A DNA stretch of 64,000 bases from an uncultured Nitrospiraceae bacterium. Lineage in GTDB: Bacteria; Nitrospirota; Nitrospiria; Nitrospirales; Nitrospiraceae. The notes under the pieces were generated by a model that was given only the letters and a program-made list of their open reading frames with translations, was not told where the DNA came from and ran no database searches. A program made the position numbers and the translations under genes. Location of the stretch: contig CAVSTP010000004.1 of the NCBI GenBank assembly GCA_963730935.1, positions 928,001 to 992,000 on the forward strand, given 5' to 3'. Shown one piece after another: positions 32,533 through 42,418 of this stretch. Numbering within the stretch: the first letter of the stretch is position 1; each line of letters opens with the position of its first letter.

Positions 32533-34026
32533 ATGGCTGATCCACTCCGCGTGCCCGACATCGCAGCGGCTCAACCGATCCTGACGCACGAGAAGTCGCT
32601 GACCAAAAAGGTCGCCAAAGGTTCGGAGGCCGGCGACATTTATGACCAGCAAATCTTGATGCTGGGAACCCAGTTGGTCACGCAGATCAGCATTCTGATC
32701 AAGATGTCCAAACTGCACGGGCGCACCAACACGGCGCTGGACAGTCCCGTGGAAAGCGCCCTCACCGTCATCAAGACGCTCGCCCAGGATGAACCGATTT
32801 CCGTGCGCCTGCAGAATGACTTTCTCTTCCTCGGCCAGCGGCATCTAAAAATCACGGCCGCCCAAATGCCGGTCTTTTCCACCGTCATCGACACGCTAAA
32901 TCAGTGGCGCATCGGAGGCGTGTCCTTCTCCAAGGACGTGGAGTCGCGGGACTTTCGTGAGTTGATCTTTCAATTGGGCATGTTCGATGCGGCGAACAGC
33001 TCAATCTCGACGCTGCGCACTTCCCTTGACCAGCAATCTGTCAAAGGGATCGAACTCGAGGAGCGGCGTGTACTGCGCGGCAAGTCCTCGGCCAAGAGCC
33101 GGTATGCCAATGCGGCCACCGCGGTGGGCACGCTGGTGCAAGACAGCCGCGAGAAAGGCACGATCGGCTTCAAGCAAGCCAAACGCGCCATCCAAAGCAT
33201 CGTCGATCTGATGATGAACGACGAGGCATCACTCTTGGGCCTGACGACGCTTCGCTGCCATGATCAGTATACGCATAACCATTCGGTCAACGTCGCCCTG
33301 CTGTCCATGGCGCTCGGCAACCGCGCCGGCTATCCTAAGGTCGAGCTTGCGGATTTAGGGCTCGCGGCGCTGTTTCACGATCTGGGCAAGGCCACGATTC
33401 CAATGGAAGTACTGAACAAGCCCGGCGAATTCACCGAAGAGGAATGGGCCATGATGCGCAATCATCCCACGGAAGGCGCGCTCAGCTTGGCCAAGATGCG
33501 AGGCATTACCAACCTCCCCGGTCGGATGGCATCGGCCTCATTCGAACACCATATGAATCTCGACTTTTCAGGCTATCCGAAATTAAACGTTTCCTGGAAA
33601 CTGTCCATGACAGGACGGATCCTCATGATCGCCGACTGTTATGATGCCATGACCTCCTCGCGGGTGTATCGGCGTGAACCGATGTCGCCGTCGAAAGTCT
33701 TGGGCTTCATGTTCGGTAAAGCGGGAAAATCCTTCGACGCCACGCTGATGAAACTGTTCATGACATGCGTCGGCATCATTCCCATCGGCAGCCTCGTCCT
33801 GCTCGACAGCAATGAGTTGGCCGTCGTGCTCAAGCCGACGGCGGATCCGGCCGAGGCGGAGTATCCCTATGTGAAAGTCATCACGGATACGCAGGGAGCT
33901 CCGGTTGACAACGGCCGTGAAATCGATCTTCGTGAAAAGGACGAGAACGGGGAATACCGCAACTACATCATTCGACTCATCGACAACACCGAGCACAAAT
34001 TCGACACCAGCCGATACTTCGTCTGA
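32533..34026 (+). CDS. HD-GYP domain protein (putative cyclic-dinucleotide phosphodiesterase)
   Basis: YTHNHS, HDLGK, EHH...SGYP, IADCYDAMTS.RVYR. Confidence 0.88.
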   Translation: MADPLRVPDIAAAQPILTHEKSLTKKVAKGSEAGDIYDQQILMLGTQLVTQISILIKMSKLHGRTNTALDSPVESALTVIKTLAQDEPISVRLQNDFLFLGQRHLKITAAQMPVFSTVIDTLNQWRIGGVSFSKDVESRDFRELIFQLGMFDAANSSISTLRTSLDQQSVKGIELEERRVLRGKSSAKSRYANAATAVGTLVQDSREKGTIGFKQAKRAIQSIVDLMMNDEASLLGLTTLRCHDQYTHNHSVNVALLSMALGNRAGYPKVELADLGLAALFHDLGKATIPMEVLNKPGEFTEEEWAMMRNHPTEGALSLAKMRGITNLPGRMASASFEHHMNLDFSGYPKLNVSWKLSMTGRILMIADCYDAMTSSRVYRREPMSPSKVLGFMFGKAGKSFDATLMKLFMTCVGIIPIGSLVLLDSNELAVVLKPTADPAEAEYPYVKVITDTQGAPVDNGREIDLREKDENGEYRNYIIRLIDNTEHKFDTSRYFV

Positions 34027-34148
34027 CGGCCGACGGCGCGGGGCCGCTCATGACACGGCTCTCCGGCTCCCTTGACAGTGCTACCCTCTGCCGTTATTCT
34101 CCCCTATTCAATACAGCGCGGCCTCTCATCCACTAAGGAGCGGACACT

Positions 34149-34712
34149 ATGCCTATGGCGAAGACCCCTTGGGGTCAGATTATTGTTGCACTGGCGATCA
34201 TTGGAGTATGGCTCATCAGTCCGGTATCAGGCGCTCGCGCGGCGGATGCCTTTAAGATGGGCGTCATCGATCCACAGACGGTCCTGGAAAAATCGAAAGC
34301 CGGAAAGAAAGCCCTGGACGGTCTCAAGGAATACGTTTCGACCAGACAGAAGCTGCTCTCCCGGGACGAGGAGGATTTGCGCAATACGGAGAAAACCCTG
34401 AAGGAAGCCGCCTCGAAGCTGAGCGAGGGGGAAAAGAAAGAGAAGGAAGCGCAATTCCGAACCAAGATACAGGAGTACCAAAAGCGGGCGCAGGAGTTCA
34501 ATCAGGAGCTCCAGGGCAAGCAAAAGGAGCTCGTCGACGACTATATGAAGCGGATCGCCTCGGCGACTCAGACCGTCGCTGAGAAGGGAGGCTTTTCCAT
34601 CGTCGTCGATAAAGGCAGCGAGCAAACCATCAAGATCGTCATCTACAGCAAAGACACCATCGACCTGACAGAGCAGGTGATCAAGGAATTCGACCGGGTC
34701 AACAACAAGTAA
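34149..34712 (+). CDS. skp: OmpH/Skp periplasmic chaperone
   Basis: Signal peptide, KMGVID, coiled coil, DLTEQVI. Confidence 0.85.
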   Translation: MPMAKTPWGQIIVALAIIGVWLISPVSGARAADAFKMGVIDPQTVLEKSKAGKKALDGLKEYVSTRQKLLSRDEEDLRNTEKTLKEAASKLSEGEKKEKEAQFRTKIQEYQKRAQEFNQELQGKQKELVDDYMKRIASATQTVAEKGGFSIVVDKGSEQTIKIVIYSKDTIDLTEQVIKEFDRVNNK

Positions 34713-34725
34713 TTCAGTCTTCAGA

Positions 34726-34755
34726 TGACGGAACTTCGCCGGCGAAGTTCCGTCA
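34726..34755. terminator. Perfect 30-bp palindrome between convergent genes (probable bidirectional terminator)
   Basis: TGACGGAACTTCGCC|GGCGAAGTTCCGTCA. Confidence 0.6.
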
Positions 34756-35121
34756 CGATTCCATCGGGTATCCCGCTTCTCTCCAGGCTTTGATGCCGCC
34801 GTCCATCGAAGTCACGTTCGTATAGCCCATCTGAGTAAGGGCATCTGCAGCCAGCGCCGACCGGTAGCCTCCCCCGCAGTACAAAAGAATCGAGGCCTGC
34901 TTGTCGGGCACCAGCGTCTCGATATCCCGTTCAATGACGCCCTTGCCGAGGTGCCGTGCGCCCTTAGCATGATCCTTCGCGAACTCATGATCTTCGCGCA
35001 CATCGAGAAAGTGTGCGACCTCGCCCCGATCCAGCCTGGCTTTCGCGTCGGCGATCGAGCACTCCTTCACCCGAGCCCGTGCGGCGTTCACTAAGTTCAC
35101 AAACCCCGGATTATGCTTCAT
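34753..35121 (-). CDS. Rhodanese-like sulfurtransferase
   Basis: LDVRE, YCGGGYRS, MDGGIKAW. Confidence 0.9.
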   Translation of the reverse strand: MKHNPGFVNLVNAARARVKECSIADAKARLDRGEVAHFLDVREDHEFAKDHAKGARHLGKGVIERDIETLVPDKQASILLYCGGGYRSALAADALTQMGYTNVTSMDGGIKAWREAGYPMES

Positions 35122-35137
35122 CGTCGATCCCCTCTCG

Positions 35138-36151
35138 TCAGAACAATCGCGTCTGCTCGCGTCCGGGACGGCGGAAGGTATCGGGCACGGGCCCGTCGTC
35201 GAAATCGGCAAATCCTGCCTTCCGCTTCGCCACACGAAACAGCTGTTCAATCATCGTCCAATACGGCCCAGCGCCGTGATGCCTCGAGAAGAATGCGCTA
35301 TCCGTCATGGCGCCCCCGCGGACTTCCTGAATCCGGTGCGCCATTTTGGCGAATCGCTCCGGAAACGCTTCCGACATGCGCTCGACAAACACGGCTTCAA
35401 CGGATTTAGCCAGCCGCAGCAGCGTCGACATCGCCTCGCTGGCGCCTGCTTGCCGAGCACGCTGCAGTAATTCCGGGATGTCCTCATCGTTGAGCCCCGG
35501 GATAATGGGTGAAATCGAAATGCCGGTCGAGATGCCGGCTTCCGACAAGCGGGCCATGGCGTCGAAGCGCTTACGGCTTGTCGGGGCCTGAGGTTCTACC
35601 CTGCGGGCAACCTCCTCGTCGGCAAACGGAATGCTAAAGTAGACTCTGACCCAGGCCTCCTGGTGTAAACGCTTGAGCACATCGAGATCCCGCTGCACCA
35701 GGACACCCTTCGTGATGATCGCGACGGGATTGCGATACTCAGCGCAGACTTCGAGGCAGGCGCGCGTCAATTCCAACGAGGCTTCCATCGGCTGGTAACA
35801 ATCGGTGTTGCCGGAGAAGACGATCAACTCGCCCTTCCAGGAAGGTCTTTCGAACGCCTGACGCAACAGCGTGGCGGCATCGCGTTTGACCACAATCTTC
35901 GATTCGAAGTCAGTCCCCGCGCCGAAGCCCCAGTACTCGTGGGTGGGTCTGGCATAACAATATGCGCAGGCATGGAAGCAGCCACGGTAGGGGTTCACGC
36001 TCCAGCGGAAGGACAGGTCAGGGCTGTCGTTCCTGCTGAGAATCTCCCGGCTCGAATCGTCGTACATTTCGAGCCGGGTGGCAGACGCCGGTTCGAGGAG
36101 ATCACGGTGTCTCGACTCGTAGGGATTCGGTGGATTGGAAATCGGCCGCAT
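35138..36151 (-). CDS. Radical SAM protein, PA0069/SplB-like family
   Basis: NPYRGCFHACAYCYAR (CxxxCxxC), TDCYQP, PIIPGLND. Confidence 0.9.
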   Translation of the reverse strand: MRPISNPPNPYESRHRDLLEPASATRLEMYDDSSREILSRNDSPDLSFRWSVNPYRGCFHACAYCYARPTHEYWGFGAGTDFESKIVVKRDAATLLRQAFERPSWKGELIVFSGNTDCYQPMEASLELTRACLEVCAEYRNPVAIITKGVLVQRDLDVLKRLHQEAWVRVYFSIPFADEEVARRVEPQAPTSRKRFDAMARLSEAGISTGISISPIIPGLNDEDIPELLQRARQAGASEAMSTLLRLAKSVEAVFVERMSEAFPERFAKMAHRIQEVRGGAMTDSAFFSRHHGAGPYWTMIEQLFRVAKRKAGFADFDDGPVPDTFRRPGREQTRLF

Positions 36152-36264
36152 GCGCTCATGGTCTCTCCCCTCCACCAAGACTGTCAACCCGCCGAGGCGT
36201 TCCGTTCATTGACTCCACCAAACCTCGATGTTAGATTCCAGCCGCTCATCGGGAACGCCTGTCA

Positions 36265-37551
36265 ATGTACGATTTGCGCCATCTCCGCGAGAATTTCGAT
36301 CATATCCGCGGGCAGCTCGGTACTCGGGGACGCGACGTCCAATGGGATGAGTTACGGAAACTCCTGGACGAACGGCGCGCCCTCTCCATGCAAGTGGAGG
36401 AGCTTCGGGCGGACCTCAACAAAGGCTCAGAAGAAGTCGCTCGGTTGAAACGGCAGAAGCAGCCGGCCGACGAAGCCGTTGCGGCCATGAAGCGAGTCGG
36501 TGAACGCATTGCAGAATGCGAAGCGGTGCTCCGGACGACCGAAGAGAAGGTCAACAACATCGCGCTGCGCATCCCCAACCTGGCCCATTCCTCAGTGCCG
36601 ATGGGGCAAAGTGCCGATGGGAATCTCGAAGTCCGTCGCTGGGGCCAGCTCCCGGCATTGGCGGCGCCGCCGAAGAGTCATTGGGACATCGGCGAGCAGC
36701 TGGGCATTCTGGACTTCGACCGTGCAGCGAAGATTACCGGGGCGCGGTTCGCCGTCCTTACGGGGGCAGGCGCCAGGCTCGAGCGGGCGCTCATCAACTT
36801 CATGTTGGACATGCATACTTCAGAACACGGGTATCGGGAAGTCCTGCCTCCCTTCATGGTCAATCGCACGGCCATGACCGGCACAGGGCAGCTTCCCAAA
36901 TTTGAAGAAGATCTGTTTCGGCTGCGGGATGAAGATTACTTTCTGATTCCCACAGCGGAAGTCCCCCTGACGAATCTCCATCGGGACGAGATCCTCAGCC
37001 AGTCCTCATTGCCCATTCGGTATACCGCCTATACCCCCTGCTTTCGTCGAGAAGCCGGTTCTTACGGGAAGGACACGAGAGGATTGATTCGCCTCCACCA
37101 ATTCAACAAGGTGGAATTGGTGGCGTTCACTTCACCGGAGCAATCGTATGAGGAACTGGAGCGGCTGACCGGCCATGCAGAGGCCGTGCTGCAGCGGCTT
37201 GGACTTCATCACCGGGTGATGACGCTTTGCACCGGCGACATGGGATTTGCCGCAGCCAAAACCTACGACCTCGAAGTCTGGCTCCCGTCTCAGAATCACT
37301 TCAGGGAAATTTCCTCCTGCAGCAACTTCGAAGCATTTCAGGCCAGGCGCGCCGGCATTCGCTTCAAAGGCGCCGGCGGAAAAAAAGAATCCAAGACGGA
37401 CCTCGTTCACACATTAAATGGTTCCGGACTTGCTGTCGGACGCACCCTCGTCGCGATCCTGGAAAACTATCAACAGCCGGACGGCACGGTGGGTATTCCT
37501 CCTGTCCTACGGCAGTATATGGGAGGCCTGGAACGAATCACCAAGACGTAG
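36265..37551 (+). CDS. serS: Seryl-tRNA synthetase
   Basis: [42 protein letters not shown]. Confidence 0.98.
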   Translation: MYDLRHLRENFDHIRGQLGTRGRDVQWDELRKLLDERRALSMQVEELRADLNKGSEEVARLKRQKQPADEAVAAMKRVGERIAECEAVLRTTEEKVNNIALRIPNLAHSSVPMGQSADGNLEVRRWGQLPALAAPPKSHWDIGEQLGILDFDRAAKITGARFAVLTGAGARLERALINFMLDMHTSEHGYREVLPPFMVNRTAMTGTGQLPKFEEDLFRLRDEDYFLIPTAEVPLTNLHRDEILSQSSLPIRYTAYTPCFRREAGSYGKDTRGLIRLHQFNKVELVAFTSPEQSYEELERLTGHAEAVLQRLGLHHRVMTLCTGDMGFAAAKTYDLEVWLPSQNHFREISSCSNFEAFQARRAGIRFKGAGGKKESKTDLVHTLNGSGLAVGRTLVAILENYQQPDGTVGIPPVLRQYMGGLERITKT

Positions 37552-37624
37552 AACACACAAGGTGTCTATGCGGGGTGGCCTAATGAGATCTCCCACGCCT
37601 ACGCTGCACGTCCTCGCCTCACCG

Positions 37625-38227
37625 CTAGCAGTATTTATCAGGAGCTCCGGGTGTCGATCGAGTCCTAGTTCGAGTAATGCCTAACTTCTTCATCTTGTAC
37701 TGAAGAGATGTGCGCTTCATGCCTAGCTTGGTCGCGGCACCGGATACGCCACCGATGACCCATCGGCATTCTTCGAGCATCCGAAGGATCAGGTCGCGCT
37801 GAGTAGCTACAAGGCTTGGGGTTGGGGGATCGATACGATCGTGGCGAGATGATGTCTTGGCCGCCTCAGTCATGAGATGCAATAGGGATTGGCATTTCTC
37901 CTGAATCCCTGTCCAAAAAAAGTTGTTAAGTCTGGCTTCGGCATTCGTGCTCCATTTGACAAACTTGACGCCGAAGTGTGTTCCGATAGCCCACTGTACG
38001 GTGGCATCCTCGATAATGACCGGTTCTTGGTCGTTAGAGAGATAGAAGACTAGCGCCAGTCGCATTCCGACTTGAACCGGATCCTGGCTTTCGATTCGAA
38101 GCCCTTCTCGCGAGACATCGATTGCCCGTCCCTTGGCCATTCTCTCAGGAGTGAGATAGTTGATCGAAGCCTGGAGGGGTATGCGGGGCACGCATCGATC
38201 CGTCCGTGCCTTCTCGTATATGGCCAT
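37625..38227 (-). CDS. PilZ domain fused to a Fis-type HTH
   Basis: RCVPR and DVSREG; C-terminal GAATKLGMKRTSLQYKMKKLGI. Confidence 0.75.
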   Translation of the reverse strand: MAIYEKARTDRCVPRIPLQASINYLTPERMAKGRAIDVSREGLRIESQDPVQVGMRLALVFYLSNDQEPVIIEDATVQWAIGTHFGVKFVKWSTNAEARLNNFFWTGIQEKCQSLLHLMTEAAKTSSRHDRIDPPTPSLVATQRDLILRMLEECRWVIGGVSGAATKLGMKRTSLQYKMKKLGITRTRTRSTPGAPDKYC

Positions 38228-38339
38228 ATTTCACCTATGGCGGGGATAGTTATTAATTGGCCATCGATACCTCAAAATATGCTCCGACGGCGACGGTCTG
38301 TCACGTGTTACAGCATAAATTGCAGCCGACTCTCACCTC

Positions 38340-39290
38340 TCACAGCGGAGCCAGTTTTCTGCACATGTCTGTGATCTGGCGCTGCACGCTTGGTCGCACT
38401 TTGGTAAAGCCGAGGCCGAACTCCCGATGACCATTCCATCGAACGGTGGCTTCCTCCACGGCAAACAGATGGCCATTCTGCGGATAGATCCAACACTCGA
38501 CCGTGGTTCCCAGAGGGACTCGCACGGGACACGTAATCCGGCAGCCCGAAGCGGAGAGATCTCGTATCTCACCCTCACCGGTCACAATGGGTGTCTTCGA
38601 GGAAAATTGGCTCAACATCTGGACGGCTATCCGACCCTGGCGGCGTCGCTCTACCGCCTTTTGAGCCGGCACCGATGGATCCATTGGCCATGACGAACTC
38701 CAGTGCTTGGCTGGGGTCTCCAGATGGTCTCTCTCTCGAACACTCGAAGAGATGTGCAGGACTGGGCGAACGGTCTCTAGCATGTCCCCATACCGAACAA
38801 GTCGTTGCCAGGTCTGGCTCAGCAATGAAGCCACCTGTGGCTTGAGTTGTTCCCAGAGCTTGAAGACGTCTTCCTTCTGATGTGCGGTCCAGAGACGACG
38901 ACGAGACCTGAGTCTGCCTGAACTTAGGTCTTGAATCCGAACGTCCACGTCCTGGAAATTCGGGTGCTCTCGTCTAATCCGCCGATAGACCACTAGGGCT
39001 TCAAACTCCTGGTCGAGCGATTCCAGCGTCTGGGCCAGCAAATACTGGATGTGCACGCGTTCGAGGGTGGAGAAGGGCCCGGTGTCTAGCGCCTGACGGA
39101 AGGCCGTGACCGCTTCGTCCTCGCGTCCCAATGTTCGGAGGCACACCCCCACCTGCGCAAATGCTTTGCCTGCCTGCTGCTGGTCGGTTGTAGCTTGTTG
39201 AAACGCCGTGAGAGCCATGTCGAAAACCTGGACCTTCTTCAGAAGCAGCCCACGCTCATAAAACCCCAATCCGGACATTTTTTCTGACAT
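38340..39290 (-). CDS. TPR + PilZ domain protein
   Basis: N-terminal TPR-like helices; RRQGR and DLSASG. Confidence 0.75.
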   Translation of the reverse strand: MSEKMSGLGFYERGLLLKKVQVFDMALTAFQQATTDQQQAGKAFAQVGVCLRTLGREDEAVTAFRQALDTGPFSTLERVHIQYLLAQTLESLDQEFEALVVYRRIRREHPNFQDVDVRIQDLSSGRLRSRRRLWTAHQKEDVFKLWEQLKPQVASLLSQTWQRLVRYGDMLETVRPVLHISSSVRERDHLETPAKHWSSSWPMDPSVPAQKAVERRRQGRIAVQMLSQFSSKTPIVTGEGEIRDLSASGCRITCPVRVPLGTTVECWIYPQNGHLFAVEEATVRWNGHREFGLGFTKVRPSVQRQITDMCRKLAPL

Positions 39291-39559
39291 ATAGCCCTCC
39301 TCCCATGGTCGTTAAATGGGGTTGGATCGGATGAGCCAATGAGCAAGAATGAAGCCGTCCAGGAGAGCGGCTATTAGAGCAGCACGAGGTATTGGCAGGT
39401 TCACAGATAATGGCTGGAAAATACGCGCCACCGAGCGCCAGGCTCAAATCCGTTGTGTTTTGGCACGTTCCAACCGACCCCAGTTAAGCGGGTTTGAGGG
39501 TGGGACAGTAAAAACGATGGTGCGTGGGTGGCGCATAGAGCGGGTAGCGAAGAATACGT

Positions 39560-39830
39560 ATTGCCGCATCCTGCGGCCGGATGATCATAGAATTCCTGTG
39601 CAAAAGGTTTGAGGCCTGTCTTGATGCGGCCGGCCTTGGGCGTATTCGCTTCCATGAGTTGCGCCATACGTTTGCCAGTCTGCATTCATCAACAGGCCAA
39701 TCCAAAGTAGATTCAGGAGCAGCTCGGACACGGTAGCATCAGCATTAGACTCGATGTATACTCGCACCTCTTTCATGGAGAACATCGGCACCACGTTCAG
39801 CGCTTGGACGATCCCGAAACCACCTCTTTT
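39560..39830 (+). pseudogene. Tyrosine integrase C-terminal remnant
   Basis: AGLGRIRFHELRHTFASL, then after a frameshift and stop IQEQLGHGSISIRLDVYSHLF; limits approximate. Confidence 0.85.
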
Positions 39831-39925
39831 CTGTCCGAATCTGCAGCCCAGTTGCAACCTACGGAAAATGTGTTAGGACTAGCACCGATCGCAAGCGTAA
39901 GAAGTCATGTGAGAAATTGCATATT

Positions 39926-40015
39926 GGAGGGGTGACGGAGTGGCCGAACGTGCCGGTCTTGAAAACCGGAGACCTCGTAAGGGGTCCGCGAGTTCAAATC
40001 TCGCCCCCTCCGCCA
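39926..40015 (+). tRNA. tRNA-Ser(TGA)
   Basis: Cloverleaf with long variable arm, anticodon loop CTTGAAA, TTCAAATC T-loop, CCA end. Confidence 0.95.
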
Positions 40016-40049
40016 TTATTCAATGGCTTGCACGACATAGGTATCAGCA

Positions 40050-40530
40050 TCCTTAGCATCGTCATCAAATTACGATGTGGTCGAAGCGACAACAGGCCGA
40101 TCTGGGCTAGATATTTGCGCAAGACAACCGATTGATTGTGTGGTTCTTGAGCTTGACCTGCTGGACATGTCCGGTTTGGAGGTATTGGCAAAGCTCGTTC
40201 CCCGTTTCTATCATCCCGAGATCGCCGTGATCATCCTGACAAGGCTCCCCATCCCTTCCTCTTAGACCTCGCAATCAAGCACGGCCATCCATCCTCAGGG
40301 CCATTCGAGGGTGCAAATGCTGCATAGACTCGCTAGTTGACTGTTGGAGCAACTACGAGGGTCATCGTCGTCGATGACTATCCCCACGTTCGGCGGCTCT
40401 TGCGAGCGAAAAAGCTATGACCTGGTGCGGCCGTGGTCATCAATAAGAGCGACGTGTTGAGCGCGCTGTATCCGGCCATCGTCGATTCACTCAAACGAAT
40501 TCCTTCTCAGACGGCGAAAGATAAATGACA
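40050..40530 (+). pseudogene. Deleted/frameshifted copies of the two REC genes at 44552 and 45045
   Basis: Near-identical DNA blocks (IDCVVLELDL..; AVVINKSDVLSALYPAIVDSLKRIPSQTAKD) with internal deletions. Confidence 0.85.
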
Positions 40531-40698
40531 ACTGCCGATTCCTGCCACTGTACAGGTTGCGCAAAGTGTCAACGACAGGACAACCACTGTCGGCGCTCAG
40601 TCGTATTTGACGTTGACCATCTGTGCGAAGAGTGTCACGAACAAGCGGCTCGCTTGTCCCACGGTTCTCATTCCTCCGATCCTCGGTACCCGAGTTGA
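40525..40698 (+). CDS. 57-aa Cys/His-rich microprotein (not in ORF track)
   Basis: MTTADSCHCTGCAKC...HC...CEECH; second copy at 45470. Confidence 0.55.
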   Translation: MTTADSCHCTGCAKCQRQDNHCRRSVVFDVDHLCEECHEQAARLSHGSHSSDPRYPS

Positions 40699-40802
40699 AG
40701 ATTCCCTCTAGGTTAAGTGTAGGTAGCCCAAACCCCTACGGCTACTAGGCCCTAGTCCATATTTCAAAATCTGATGTACCCTAGCGCTGTATACGACTAC
40801 CT

Positions 40803-41090
40803 ATGCGCGAAGAACAAAAGTGCGTTCCACAAAATCTGAAGGTCATACGAGAGTATTTGCTGAAGGCATTCCCAGGATTCAACTTAATCGAGGACACATC
40901 CGAACCAAGCGTCTGCCATCGGTTCACGTTGACGAATGCGAAGACTTTTGAGCAGTTCAAATTGAAGGTAGGATGGGTTCGGCTTTCAGACCTATCCAGT
41001 GACGGCGAGATGATGCGGCGATTACTCGTGAACAGCGACTTGGCTGGCAAGATGCGGAATGAGGAGAAAGACCAGTACTACTACTGGTGA
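40803..41090 (+). CDS. Hypothetical 95-aa protein, copy 1 of 3
   Basis: MREEQKCV...YYYW; paralogues at 47215 and 58014, with many synonymous differences. Confidence 0.75.
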   Translation: MREEQKCVPQNLKVIREYLLKAFPGFNLIEDTSEPSVCHRFTLTNAKTFEQFKLKVGWVRLSDLSSDGEMMRRLLVNSDLAGKMRNEEKDQYYYW

Positions 41091-41119
41091 ACGACTAGGG
41101 CTCTCCGGCTATCCGAGTT

Positions 41120-41329
41120 TTAGGCGGTGATTTGAGTGCTGCTGGTTTCGGTTAGGGGAGGCATTGGGTGTTGGTTGGAGGCCGTTCGCGAAAGGAATTT
41201 TCGGGAAACCTCATTTAGGTAATATTCAAGTAAGCTGCGCTCATCCTCAGTCAACACTAACTCTGTCGAAAGTAAGCGCTCGCATCCGTTGGTCCAGTCG
41301 CATACTTCTTCACCTATGTGATATTTCAT
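41120..41329 (-). CDS. Small helical protein (CERL...LT..E...EYY family), copy 1
   Basis: GGGGTG RBS; duplicate at 48357 and diverged paralogue at 51921. Confidence 0.65.
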   Translation of the reverse strand: MKYHIGEEVCDWTNGCERLLSTELVLTEDERSLLEYYLNEVSRKFLSRTASNQHPMPPLTETSSTQITA

Positions 41330-41430
41330 AATTCACCCCCCTTTCACATCACTGTTCTTGTTGTTCAGTCGCGAAAACTAACGGCGAAAGCACTGAAAAT
41401 TTGGTAAGCAAAGCTGCTAGGTGTGCCAGC

Positions 41431-41592
41431 CTACGTTGTAGAAAGTCGTCCTGTTAGCAGCAATATCACCAGAATAAGCAGAACCAATCCGAGTCCGCCG
41501 CTCGGATAGTAGCCCCAGTTGGCGCTATAAGGCCATGTGGGTAACGCTCCAACCAGTAGCAGGATCAAGACTACAAGCAGAATGGTATTCAT
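41431..41592 (-). CDS. DUF3309 family small membrane protein (53 aa, not in ORF track)
   Basis: MNTILLVVLILLLVGALPTWPYSANWGYYPSGGLGLVLLILVILLLTGRL; AAGGAGG RBS. Confidence 0.88.
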   Translation of the reverse strand: MNTILLVVLILLLVGALPTWPYSANWGYYPSGGLGLVLLILVILLLTGRLSTT

Positions 41593-41779
41593 GTAGGCCT
41601 CCTTAGTTAGCTACTTATAGGGTCTCAGCGTGACCAAGAAGTTACTACTAGGATTTATCCTGGAGTGGGGCAGGGTAATCTTCCACTCTCCCCGCAGGCC
41701 ATGATCAATCACCTCCTGCATTGGGGATTTCGATAGTGGCGGATTCGTTTCCACTGGCCCTATCCTAAGTTTTATCGCT

Positions 41780-41983
41780 ATGAATCGCGAAACCAGAGAT
41801 TCGCCACACTGCCTGAATTGTGAAAGCACCCTCTCCCCCAGAAGCGTGATCCACGTGGGTAACGGAGTCACCGTCCAGCCATATGAATGCATCACCTGTG
41901 GTCGTCAGTGGTACGCAGTCAATACGGGACACCGGGTAATCTTCACATCACCACCTTCCCCGGCATCCTCCTCGGGCAACTAA
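41780..41983 (+). CDS. Zinc-ribbon microprotein
   Basis: CLNC...CITCG. Confidence 0.55.
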   Translation: MNRETRDSPHCLNCESTLSPRSVIHVGNGVTVQPYECITCGRQWYAVNTGHRVIFTSPPSPASSSGN

Positions 41984-42418
41984 GGCATGTAAAGAGAAAC
42001 GAGGGCATGTCCAGGAGAGCGGGTTGTCACAGTAGGGCGGAGGTGTTCGCCTACCGGAAGGGTGCGCTGCGGAGGCGACCGGGACTTGACGTGGCTAAGT
42101 GGCAGGCCGGTATTTGTATCGAGGCTGCCGTGGACGCGGCTTTACCTGACTGGCCTATGGCGTGGCAGCAGACACCCCTTCACAAAGATGGCCTCCACCC
42201 TGCCCTGCGTAGGCAATCCCCCTATATCAACTCGTAAACCAACCACGTATATGATTCGCAGCCTCCGAGAAAAGGCAGCAGAAGAGCCATCAATATCAAT
42301 GGTTCTTTCATACGTGCCTTCCTGTTCGGATCAACATGACTTAGGAACAGGCTCGCTACGCCCTTAAACCGGTTAAGCAAACGGGAAAGAAGCATGCAAT
42401 TTCACTCTATTATCTTGA

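Noticed and set aside
40624..40638. CEECH as a c-type heme site
   Set aside because: No signal peptide and many other Cys; zinc binding is more plausible.
40696..41120. Integron cassettes or an IS/MITE explanation for the repeated units
   Set aside because: No attC-type inverted core pairs, no IntI, and no terminal inverted repeats or clear target duplication seen.
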